A DNA stretch of 63,040 bases, counting the filler. It is 4 parts of 4 records of this genome, joined end to end, with 100 filler letters (N's around TTAATTAATTAA, not from the genome) between each part and the next. Parts side by side here need not be neighbours in the genome. Positions count along the whole stretch, not along the records: positions 14,581 to 40,774 come from DRR378314_303; 3 more parts are not named here. One strand, written 5' to 3'. Both the position numbers and the translations under genes were made by a program. The notes under the pieces are model-generated. The model did no database searches and was not told where the DNA came from. It saw only the letters and a list, made by a program, of their open reading frames with translations. Below are positions 19,324 through 27,987 of the stretch, one piece after another (the first letter of the stretch is position 1; the number at the start of each line of letters is the position of its first letter).

Positions 19324-19790
19324 CAACCTTTCTGCGTTGGAAAAGGCGATACACATCGATCCTCAGAGGGGCGTTGATGGTGACCGTTTACTTGGCCAGC
19401 TTGCCGTCGGTGCAGGCCGCCGAAACCGTTGATGCGACGCTGTACAAAAATCCGAGTTGCCGGTGCTGCGACCAATATGCTGCGTACTTGCGCCAGTACG
19501 ACTATGAGATCAAGGTGACTGAAACCCCCAACTTGAGGCAGTTCAAAGCCGAGCATGGCGTACCGTCCCGCTTACAAAGTTGTCATACCATGCTGCTCGA
19601 TGGGTACGTGATCGAGGGTCATGTTCCGGTGGGGGTTATTAACAAGCTCCTGGACGAACGGCCAGAGATCCGCGGTGTATCGCTTCCCGGCATGCCCCAG
19701 GGGTCGCCGGGAATGTCTGGGCAAAAGCGGGAGCCTTTTGTGATTTATGCGATTACGGATGACGAAATGTCGATCTACGCCACTGATTGA
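19320..19790 (+). CDS. DUF411 (CopG-like) periplasmic metal-binding protein
   Basis: YKNPSCRCC, SCHT, IEGHVP and PGMPQGSPGM motifs. Confidence 0.9.
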   Translation: MTTFLRWKRRYTSILRGALMVTVYLASLPSVQAAETVDATLYKNPSCRCCDQYAAYLRQYDYEIKVTETPNLRQFKAEHGVPSRLQSCHTMLLDGYVIEGHVPVGVINKLLDERPEIRGVSLPGMPQGSPGMSGQKREPFVIYAITDDEMSIYATD

Positions 19791-19806
19791 AACAGAGGTC
19801 ACCGTC

Positions 19807-20049
19807 ATGGCGAAGAGCGAGAAAGAGAACGGTCCGGGGCGAGGCGCCCGAGTGCGCAATTTGCGTCAGTGGTTCAGGCGCCGTCCCATTGCCGTCGCGG
19901 TCTGCCTGGTGGCATTGATAGGTCTCGCGCTCGGTTGGAACTGGCTGGCGGCGAGCGGGTTGCTCGTCGTGGCCCTGGTTGGCCTGGGGTGTCTGATGAT
20001 GTGCGTTTTGGGCATGCACAGCGGGCACGATAAAGGAGACGAAAACTAA
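19807..20049 (+). CDS. Small two-TM membrane protein (CLMMC...GMH motif)
   Basis: GAGG RBS and LGWNWL...LGCLMMCVLGMH, a type seen in metal-resistance clusters. Confidence 0.6.
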   Translation: MAKSEKENGPGRGARVRNLRQWFRRRPIAVAVCLVALIGLALGWNWLAASGLLVVALVGLGCLMMCVLGMHSGHDKGDEN

Positions 20050-20122
20050 ACGCTCCGAAAACCGGCGTTTCCCATGGAATGTCGGGAGAGCCCAACCACC
20101 GCACCTGTGAGGGTATCAAACG

Positions 20123-20651
20123 ATGAATGAACTTATGGGCCATGCGGGGCTATGGGGCATTGCACTGATTGTTATTGCATTGGTCTCCTGGATGTTTTAT
20201 CGGTATTTTGCGCCGAAAAGCTGGCGTGAATGGGCGGGTGCCGGGTTGGTGCAAGCTTTCATCATCGCACTTTATGCCGAGATGTACGGCTTTCCACTGA
20301 CGATTTATCTACTGGTGCGGTTCTTCGGGCTGGATAGCGATTACGTTAGCGCCAACCTGTGGGCCACCCTGATAGGGTTGGGTGAAACCGGCATGCTGAT
20401 CTCCATGTTGCTTGGCTATGCACTCGCTTTCATCGGCATTGGCCTACATTGTTCTCGGTTGGGTTGTTTCCGCTTATTGTATTTGCCTACTACCGGCTGG
20501 CGCAGCGAGAGGAGCGGCAAGTGATGGAGCGGTTCGGTGACGCCTACAGGGCCTACCAGCGACGGGTTCCATGTTCCTGCCTGGTTGGCGTCAATGGCGG
20601 CAGCTCGCGGATGCCTCGCTGGACGAAACCGATCACAAAAATTCTGAATGA
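20123..20651 (+). pseudogene. Isoprenylcysteine carboxylmethyltransferase-family membrane protein, internally deleted and frameshifted
   Basis: The N-terminus (ALYAEMYGFPLTIY) is in one frame and the C-terminal EERQVMERFGDAYRAYQRRVP in another after about 20445. The central GxY..vRHPqY motif is absent, and a second shift near 20570 gives VP/MFLP. Confidence 0.75.
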
Positions 20652-20825
20652 TGTTTCGCGAGTCAGATTCCCCGGCTAGGGAAGATTTGCGACTCTGGCG
20701 AGAATGTCTAGACTTGAAACTAGCGTTTCGTCTAGGCATCCATGGCAGGGGGCCCGAAGCCCTTTGGCAATAGCAGATTAAAATTTCAGCCTCTGAGGCA
20801 GAGTAAACTTGAGAAGTTAGAAGTT

Positions 20826-21188
20826 ATGAGCGCTACACAACAATACTTACTGCTGCTGGGATTGGCACTGGGTATCCTGGGCGCGGTGTTAAGCCTGTAT
20901 GGTTTAGCCCGTAGTGTGGGTCCAACACGGCAGGAACCTGGCAAGGATGTGCCGGCAAGCGCCGGAGTGCTGTCGCGGGCTCCGGTCTGGGGACGTTATC
21001 ATGCGCGCTATTACGGTTATGCATTGCTGTTTTTGGCGTTCGATATGGAGATGGCCTACATGTACCCTTGGGCGGTTGTGTTCAAGGAAGTAGGGCTGGT
21101 TGCTTTACTTGACATGGGCGTGTTTCTTGCGATTCTCTTTCTTGGGTTGCTTTACGGATGGAGTCAGGGCGCTCTGAGGCGGCAATGA
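20826..21188 (+). CDS. NuoA-like membrane subunit
   Basis: [23 protein letters not shown] and C-terminal W..GAL; three TM helices. Confidence 0.88.
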   Translation: MSATQQYLLLLGLALGILGAVLSLYGLARSVGPTRQEPGKDVPASAGVLSRAPVWGRYHARYYGYALLFLAFDMEMAYMYPWAVVFKEVGLVALLDMGVFLAILFLGLLYGWSQGALRRQ

Positions 21189-22828
21189 TGACCGAGGTCG
21201 CAACGACACTTGCAGGCGCACGCAAAGGGCGTCCATCTATCCTGCGAAGGTGGGTTGGGCAGGCTCTGGCGCGCAATTTGAGCTGCCTGGTAGTCCCTGG
21301 GCCGGAAGTGGCCCTGGCGCATGGGCTGAACCTGGCGGCCGCAGACATGCGCATCGCCGCCACGCCGCGCGATGCCACTGTGCTCCTGGTTGTCGGTGAG
21401 CTATCTCAGAAGTTGGACGAGGCCACCGCAGTGCTCTATGCCCAGATGCCTAGGCCGCGAGCTATTCTAGTGCTCGGTGGGTCAGAACCTTCGTCTTTGC
21501 CTAAAGCTGACGTTTCCGCGGATCTCTCACAAACCGAACTGATGGAGGCGGCCACTCGGCTGCAGCGGTTGCTGGCTGAAGACGCCTTCGCCGCCTCGCC
21601 TGACGATTTTGACTCATCAATCCTGCAAACCAAAACTGAGTACGTCTGCCCCATGCACCCGGAAGTGGTGGAGGACGAACCAGGTAGCTGTCCCAAATGC
21701 GGCATGGATTTGGTGGCGCGCGAAGCCGGCGGCGACGCGGATGCTGGGGAGCACGACCATTCCGGCCACGGTCACGGCGATCATGATCACGGAGACCACG
21801 ACCACGGCAGCTCGGGATTCATGTCCATGGTCGAGGTTACCAAAGACCTGCCTCGCAGCGCTGACGGTTTGGCAATGGACTGGCTTGAGGTGCCCTTCGG
21901 CCCCTGCTTTCCCGGTTTGCCGGGAGGATTGAGACTGACCTTGACGCTCGACGGTGACGGGGTGACCGAGGGCCAAGCGACATCTCTGGTAGCTATGGGC
22001 ACCCCCTCTGAAGAGGTGGCGGTCGAAACCTTCATCGAGCGCCTGGCGGCGGCCACGCCGTTGGCACCGGTAAGTTACCGCCTCTTGGCCTGCCGCGCTA
22101 TCGAGCAGGCGGCTGGTCTGGAGCCAGATCCGGCCGTCGAGCGGGGCCGGGCGGCCGCTCTTGAGCGAGAGCGCATCGCCAGCCATCTGGGCTGGCTGGC
22201 CCAGTTGGGCCGCCAGCTCAGCTTTGTCTGGTTGACACGTCGTGCGGCGGCTTTGCAATTGGAAACCCAGCGCGCCGACGGGGAGCAGCTTGTTGTCCTG
22301 CGGCCGGCGCTGCAGGCGCTCATCGCACGGCTCGAGCATACGCCCCTTCTCAAAGCGCGCTTGAAAGGCATCGGCGCTTTGCCCCACGGCTCCCAGGATC
22401 TAAGAGGCCCGGTGGCACGCGCCTCCGGCCGGACCGAAGATGCCCGCCAGGCGGACGCAATGTATTGCGAGCTGGGTTTCGAGCTGTACATTGAGGGCGC
22501 TGGGGACGCCTGGGCGCGTTTCCGGCAGCGGCATGTTGAGATCGTGACCAGTCTCGATCTCGTAGAGGCCGCCGGAGACCCTGAGCTCCCCAAGCTGCGA
22601 GCCATCGACAGCCCTTCCGGAACGGGGGAGGCGACCGTGGAAACGCCGCGCGGCCGCTCCACATTGCAGCTGACCCTGGAGCGAGGGCAGGTGGTATCGG
22701 TCGAGCTGGACGGCGCCTGCCGCCAACATATCGGCCTGGCCGCCGACCTGGTCGAAGGTCAGGAATTGGGTGATGCCTTGGTGGCGGTCGGGTCACTGGA
22801 TCTCTCGCCCTGGGAGGTGAGCTCATGA
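21185..22828 (+). CDS. Fusion of degenerate NuoB-like domain, heavy-metal-binding domain, His-rich linker and degenerate NuoD-like domain
   Basis: NuoB-like [13 protein letters not shown]...[55 protein letters not shown]; NuoD-like FGP...[37 protein letters not shown]. Confidence 0.85.
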   Translation: MMTEVATTLAGARKGRPSILRRWVGQALARNLSCLVVPGPEVALAHGLNLAAADMRIAATPRDATVLLVVGELSQKLDEATAVLYAQMPRPRAILVLGGSEPSSLPKADVSADLSQTELMEAATRLQRLLAEDAFAASPDDFDSSILQTKTEYVCPMHPEVVEDEPGSCPKCGMDLVAREAGGDADAGEHDHSGHGHGDHDHGDHDHGSSGFMSMVEVTKDLPRSADGLAMDWLEVPFGPCFPGLPGGLRLTLTLDGDGVTEGQATSLVAMGTPSEEVAVETFIERLAAATPLAPVSYRLLACRAIEQAAGLEPDPAVERGRAAALERERIASHLGWLAQLGRQLSFVWLTRRAAALQLETQRADGEQLVVLRPALQALIARLEHTPLLKARLKGIGALPHGSQDLRGPVARASGRTEDARQADAMYCELGFELYIEGAGDAWARFRQRHVEIVTSLDLVEAAGDPELPKLRAIDSPSGTGEATVETPRGRSTLQLTLERGQVVSVELDGACRQHIGLAADLVEGQELGDALVAVGSLDLSPWEVSS

Positions 22829-23721
22829 CTGTCGCCATAGTGTTGCTCACACTGTTGGTTGGCGCTTGGTTACTGGCTGTGATTGAGGCCTGGCTCACGA
22901 CCGGCCGCCTGCGACCGGTCGCCCCGCTGCTTGCGGGCCTGTCGCACCTGGGCCGCGAGTCCATCTTGGCGCGCAAGCCCGACCGGCTGTTTTTCGAGAC
23001 CGCACCAGTGTTGTTGCTGGTGGTGGCGGTGCTCGGTGCTGCCGTACTTCCGCTGACGCCGGATCTGGTCATTGCTGATCTGGCCACCGGCGCCTTGTTT
23101 CTCAACGCGGTGCTTGCCTATGTGTTGGTATCGCTGATCATGGCTGGTTGGGGCCCGAACGGCGCCTACGCGATGATAGGTGGCTGGCGTTTTCTCGGCC
23201 AACTTATCGCCTACTCCATGCTTATCGTCATGCCCATTACGGCGACCGCCATGCGCGCCGAGTCCCTGTTGAACAGCGTCATCGTCGAGTCTCAGGCCGG
23301 TTTATGGAACATCGTTTACCAACCGCTGGGGTTTGTGTTGTTTTTCATCGCCGCTATGGCGTTGGCGTTCCGCTCACCCTTCGACCTGCCTACCGCACCC
23401 GGCGAGTTAGCCGGCGGGGTCGACGCCGAATACACCGGCGTGCGCCTGACAGTGTTGCGGCTAGCACGATTGGTGATGCTAATCACCCTGTCTGCCGCGA
23501 CTACGGTGTTCTTTCTCGGTGGCTGGCAGGGGCCGCTTTTGCCGCCCTGGGCCTGGAGCCTGATCAAGACTCTGGCGGTAGCCGTATCGATGTTGCTGGT
23601 TGGCTACTATTTGCCGCGTATTCGCGAGGCGGATCTGCTGGGTTGGTGCTGGAAGTTTGGAATCCCCCTGGCGCTGCTCAATATTTTGATAGTCGGATTG
23701 CTCATCCTGGTGGTGCCCTAA
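22825..23721 (+). CDS. NuoH-like membrane subunit
   Basis: [41 protein letters not shown] and LPRIR...CWK motifs. Confidence 0.88.
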   Translation: MTVAIVLLTLLVGAWLLAVIEAWLTTGRLRPVAPLLAGLSHLGRESILARKPDRLFFETAPVLLLVVAVLGAAVLPLTPDLVIADLATGALFLNAVLAYVLVSLIMAGWGPNGAYAMIGGWRFLGQLIAYSMLIVMPITATAMRAESLLNSVIVESQAGLWNIVYQPLGFVLFFIAAMALAFRSPFDLPTAPGELAGGVDAEYTGVRLTVLRLARLVMLITLSAATTVFFLGGWQGPLLPPWAWSLIKTLAVAVSMLLVGYYLPRIREADLLGWCWKFGIPLALLNILIVGLLILVVP

Positions 23722-24287
23722 TGGTTGCACAGGCTTTTTTTGTCGGCGTATTCGGGCTGGCTGCGATCGGTTTCGGTGTGGCGGTGTTCCGTACCGCGTC
23801 TATGGTGCGTTCTGCGCTGGCGCTGCTGTTTTCACAGGCCGCCGTGGGCTGCATGTTTCTGGCCATGCAGGCCGAATTTCTGGGCGTGCTGCAGATTATG
23901 ATGATGGCCACCGAAATGAGCATCATGGCCATCTTCATGGTGATGTTCATGATGGACCCCGGTGGGCTTGGCGGGATGGATATGAGCCACCAGAAGCGCT
24001 TTTCGATTGGTGCTGGAGCCATTGCCGCCACCACCGCCATCTCGGTAGCGCTGTTCTCTGATTGGGGGCCGATATTCGCCGAGGCGCCGGATGCTGCAAT
24101 GCAAACGCGGGAGCTCGGTTTTGAAATGTTGGATCGCTCTATGCTGATTTTCGAGACCGCCGCTATCACCATCCTGACCGCAATGATCGCGGCTACGGCA
24201 GTAGCGATTCCGGTGCGCCAGCCCGGCGTCGACACAGGAAAGCTCGACAAGGAAAACGGTGATAAAGAACAGGAGGCTTCAAAATGA
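23721..24287 (+). CDS. NuoJ-like membrane subunit
   Basis: SALAL...AEFLGVLQI...FMVM and FETAAITILTAMIAA motifs; ATG overlaps the nuoH-like stop. Confidence 0.85.
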   Translation: MVAQAFFVGVFGLAAIGFGVAVFRTASMVRSALALLFSQAAVGCMFLAMQAEFLGVLQIMMMATEMSIMAIFMVMFMMDPGGLGGMDMSHQKRFSIGAGAIAATTAISVALFSDWGPIFAEAPDAAMQTRELGFEMLDRSMLIFETAAITILTAMIAATAVAIPVRQPGVDTGKLDKENGDKEQEASK

Positions 24288-24595
24288 CTCCGGTACTGAT
24301 CCTGGCACTTCTGACCGGCGCCATTCTCTTTGGTGTCGGTATCTATGGCGCGCTCTCGCAGACTAACCTGGTCATGATAATGATGGGAGTGGAGCTGATT
24401 CTGGCGGGCGCGCTGGTGAACCTTGTGGCCTTCTGGCGCTTTCTGCATCCGGAGGTCTACGCCGGACAGATGTTTGTGCTGGTGGTAATGACGGTTATGG
24501 CAGTGGAGATGGCCGTCGGTTTCGGCGTCGCAATTGCACGCTTCCGGGCCAAGGGCTCGGTCGAGATGGAAGAGGCCGGAGACCTGCAGGGATGA
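24284..24595 (+). CDS. NuoK-like membrane subunit
   Basis: MGVELIL, GQMFVL and AVEMAVG, with both conserved Glu present. Confidence 0.9.
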   Translation: MTPVLILALLTGAILFGVGIYGALSQTNLVMIMMGVELILAGALVNLVAFWRFLHPEVYAGQMFVLVVMTVMAVEMAVGFGVAIARFRAKGSVEMEEAGDLQG

Positions 24596-26502
24596 GTGAC
24601 CTGGTCTTGCCCATAGTGTTCCCTTTGCTTGCGGCCGCTGCCATTCTGCTGCTGCGCCGGGGAGCGGCTATTTTGGCGCTGGTCGGGGTCGCACTTAGTT
24701 TGGCGGCAAGCCTTAAGCTTTTGGGGGCGGTCGCCAGTGGTGACTCCGCAACCCTGCTGCTGCCAGGCTTGCCGGATCTACCCTTGCGGTTGACCGCCGA
24801 GCCGTTAACCGCGTTGCTCAGTGTAGTGGTTGCCGCCGTGGCGACTTGCGTGTTGATTTATTCGGTAGGCTATATGAAGCGGGAGTCCGGCCTACCCCGC
24901 TTTTTTGCCGTTATGTCCTTGTTTGTTGCCGCCATGCAGGCCCTGGTTCTGGCCGGCGACTGGGTTCTGGTGCTCGCCGCCTGGGAGCTGATTGGCTTGT
25001 GCAGTTACCTGCTGATCGGTTTCTGGTTTCAGCGGCCCGAAGCGGCGAACGCCGCGAGCCGTGCCTTTCTCTACACCCGCAGTGCCGATCTTGGTCTGTA
25101 CATCGCGATATTCACCCTCATGGGGGCGGCGGGCACCAGCGAGATCGCCGCCACCCTGAATGTCGACGGAGACACCGCCGTGGCGGCCGGGCTTTTGTTG
25201 CTGCTCGCTATCATGGGCAAGTCTGCCCAGATCCCCCTCCAGGACTGGCTTATGCGTGCCATGGCGGGGCCCACACCGGTGTCGGCGTTGTTGCACTCGG
25301 CGACACTGGTGGCAGCAGGTGCCATTTTACTGATCCGTGTAGCGCCGCTGCTGACGCCGGAAGTTTTGCTCGCTATTGGGCTGGTGGGCGGTATTACTAC
25401 CGTGGCGGCAGGTCTGATTGCGCTTGCCGAACGTGACCTCAAGCGCCTGCTGGCGGCCTCAACCGCCAGTCAGTATGGTCTGATGCTGATTGCGGTCGGC
25501 GCCGGGGTGCCGCTGGCGGCGTTGTTGCATCTGCTTGCCCATGCCGCCATCAAGAGTGGCCTGTTTTTAGCAGCCGGTGAATTTCAGCATGCGCGCGGCG
25601 GCACGGCTCTGGAGCGCTTGCGTGGTGTAGGGCGCGTCCGGCCCTGGACTTTCTTCGGCTTCGCATTGGCAGCGCTGGCCCTAGTGGGTGCTCCACCGCT
25701 GAGCGGCTTCTTCTCAAAGGACGCGGTGATCGCCGCCGCACTGTCCGCGCCAAGTGTCGCCTGGCTCGCTCCCCTGGCACTGGCGGGCACACTGCTGACC
25801 GGTGCCTACTTGGCTCGCGCGCTGCGGCTGCTATGGCACGAGCGCGAGGAGGGTGAAAACGAAAACCGTTCGGTGGCCGGCGCCCGCTGGATGGGGCTGG
25901 GAGTATGGGCCCTGGTAATCCCAGCCGTCTTCCTGGGTCTGACCTTCGGTCCCATTGAAGCCTTGTTGGGTTTGCCCGGCCCTGGAGACCATGGCACTAC
26001 CGCCATGCTGTTCGGGCTTCTCGCGGCAGCGGCCGGTCTGGCGCTGGGCTGGCTGGTACCGGCATCTCGCTTGCTTGGCCCTTTCCACCCCTGGGCACAA
26101 TCGGGGCTGGTCATCGCCGGAGGGCTCTCCTTCTGGATCGGCCGACCAGCCATGGCCATTGCCTACGGCTGCCAGCGCCTGGAGCGTGGCCTATACGCGA
26201 CCGTCCTGAGTGTCGGCCGCGGAGGCTTCTTCATTGCTCGAGGTTGCGGGCGCGTGGAACGAGGTTTGTATGCGGTGGTGTTGGGTACTGGCCGTGCCAG
26301 CTTGGCCGTGGCGCACTTGGTTCGGGTAGGAGATGAGCGCCGAATCGACGGCCTGATCTTCGCCCTGGTGGCCAGCGTACGAGGCTGGGGAGACCGCGCC
26401 CGCGTCCTGCAAAGCGGTTGGATTCACCACAGTCTGGCTATCAGCGCCGTGGTTACCGCCGTAACACTGATCATACTGCTTTCAGCCTCGTTGAGTTTCT
26501 AG
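24592..26502 (+). CDS. NuoL/MrpA-like antiporter subunit
   Basis: WELIGLCSYLLIGFW, GKSAQIPLQDWL, GPTPVSALLH and GFFSKD motifs. Confidence 0.92.
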   Translation: MSDLVLPIVFPLLAAAAILLLRRGAAILALVGVALSLAASLKLLGAVASGDSATLLLPGLPDLPLRLTAEPLTALLSVVVAAVATCVLIYSVGYMKRESGLPRFFAVMSLFVAAMQALVLAGDWVLVLAAWELIGLCSYLLIGFWFQRPEAANAASRAFLYTRSADLGLYIAIFTLMGAAGTSEIAATLNVDGDTAVAAGLLLLLAIMGKSAQIPLQDWLMRAMAGPTPVSALLHSATLVAAGAILLIRVAPLLTPEVLLAIGLVGGITTVAAGLIALAERDLKRLLAASTASQYGLMLIAVGAGVPLAALLHLLAHAAIKSGLFLAAGEFQHARGGTALERLRGVGRVRPWTFFGFALAALALVGAPPLSGFFSKDAVIAAALSAPSVAWLAPLALAGTLLTGAYLARALRLLWHEREEGENENRSVAGARWMGLGVWALVIPAVFLGLTFGPIEALLGLPGPGDHGTTAMLFGLLAAAAGLALGWLVPASRLLGPFHPWAQSGLVIAGGLSFWIGRPAMAIAYGCQRLERGLYATVLSVGRGGFFIARGCGRVERGLYAVVLGTGRASLAVAHLVRVGDERRIDGLIFALVASVRGWGDRARVLQSGWIHHSLAISAVVTAVTLIILLSASLSF

Positions 26503-26517
26503 AGGATAGCCATACTC

Positions 26518-27987
26518 ATGCTACCAATTGTATCCCTTACTCTGTTTTTGCCGCTCGCCGGTGCCGCCCTGATTCTGGCCCTTCCGGGGCCGACGGCGCG
26601 AACCGTACACAGCATTGGTATTGGCACCGCCAGTTTAACTCTGGTCGGGGCGCTGGCCATGTGGCTGGAGGGAGTGAGCGGCGCGGGCTTTTCCCAAGTC
26701 GAAGAGCTCGAATGGATTCCGGCTATCGGTGCCGCCTACCGGGTCGGTGTGGACGGCATCAGCCTGCCCCTGGTGCTGCTGAGTGCTATGCTGTTTTTGG
26801 GGGCATTCATCTATGCTTCGTCGCTGCGCGAGCGCCCGCGCGCCTACGTGGCTTTGGTTCTGCTTCTAGAAACTGCAGCAATCGGCACCTTTGCCGCCCT
26901 CGACGGAATTCTGTTCTATGTGTTCTTCGAAGTCTCCCTGGTGTCGATGTATTTCATGATTGCCGGTTGGGGCCATGAGGACCGGCAGCGGGCGGCTCTG
27001 ATGTTTTTTATCTACACGCTTCTGGGCAGCCTGCCGTTATTGCTCGCCATCCTGGGGCTTTACCTCGGCAGTCCCGATCCCAGCTTCGACATGCGCGCCT
27101 GGATCGCTAATCCACCGCTGGAAGGGGCTGCGGCCATGTGGGCGCTGGTCGCCATGCTGGTTACTTTTGCGGTCAAGATCCCCGCCGTACCGTTGCACAC
27201 TTGGTTACCTGCCGCCCACGTCCAGGCGCCGACTGTCGGCAGTGTCATCCTGGCCGGCATCATGCTGAAATTTGGAACCTACGGGCTGGTTCGCTTCGCC
27301 CTACAAATGACTCCCGAGGCGTTCCACGAAGCCGGCGTCGTTGTCCTGGTGTTCGGTGTCATCGGCGCGCTCTATGGCGCCTTCGCCGCTCTGGCGCAGA
27401 CCGATCTCAAGCGTCTGGTGGCCTATACGTCGATTAACCACATGGGCTATGTGATCATCGGCGTCGCCGTGGCTGCACTGGCTCTGGACCCTTCAGTGCG
27501 TGCCACCGCACTCGATGGCGCCGTCCTGCAGATGTTCAGTCACGGTTTGGTTACCGGTGCATTGTTCTTCCTGGTGGGGATGATTCAGGAGCGCGCACAT
27601 ACTCGCGAGATGGGCGAATTTGGCGGCCTACTAAAAACGGTTCCGCTGTTGGGCTGGTCCTTTATGTTGGCGGCCTTTGCGTCGCTGGGCCTGCCTGGTC
27701 TGGCGCACTTTCCAGGGGAGTTCCAGATATTTCTGGGTACGCTTGGTAGTGTGCCCGCCGCCGTCGTGTCGATACTGGGCCTTGCTATCATTGCGGGTAC
27801 CTTTCTCAAAGCGATTCGCGAAACCTTTCTTGGCGAGCCTCAGTCACGTTGGCATAGCATGCCCGACCTGAGTTTGCGCGAAGTGCTCGCGCTGGCGCCA
27901 TTACTGGTTCTCACCGTAGCTACCGGGGTGGCACCATCCTGGGTGCTGGACACCATTCACCGGACTACCTCGGCGTTGGTGCTATAA
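26518..27987 (+). CDS. NuoM-like antiporter subunit
   Basis: VGVDGIS, FFE, VKIPAVPLHTWLP.AHVQAP, DLKRLVAY and LGLPG..F.GEF motifs. Confidence 0.92.
   Translation: MLPIVSLTLFLPLAGAALILALPGPTARTVHSIGIGTASLTLVGALAMWLEGVSGAGFSQVEELEWIPAIGAAYRVGVDGISLPLVLLSAMLFLGAFIYASSLRERPRAYVALVLLLETAAIGTFAALDGILFYVFFEVSLVSMYFMIAGWGHEDRQRAALMFFIYTLLGSLPLLLAILGLYLGSPDPSFDMRAWIANPPLEGAAAMWALVAMLVTFAVKIPAVPLHTWLPAAHVQAPTVGSVILAGIMLKFGTYGLVRFALQMTPEAFHEAGVVVLVFGVIGALYGAFAALAQTDLKRLVAYTSINHMGYVIIGVAVAALALDPSVRATALDGAVLQMFSHGLVTGALFFLVGMIQERAHTREMGEFGGLLKTVPLLGWSFMLAAFASLGLPGLAHFPGEFQIFLGTLGSVPAAVVSILGLAIIAGTFLKAIRETFLGEPQSRWHSMPDLSLREVLALAPLLVLTVATGVAPSWVLDTIHRTTSALVL

Noticed and set aside
23148-23720. 379-aa ORF extending the nuoJ-like gene upstream
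   Set aside because: The extension overlaps the nuoH-like gene in another frame; NuoJ similarity starts at the ATG at 23721.
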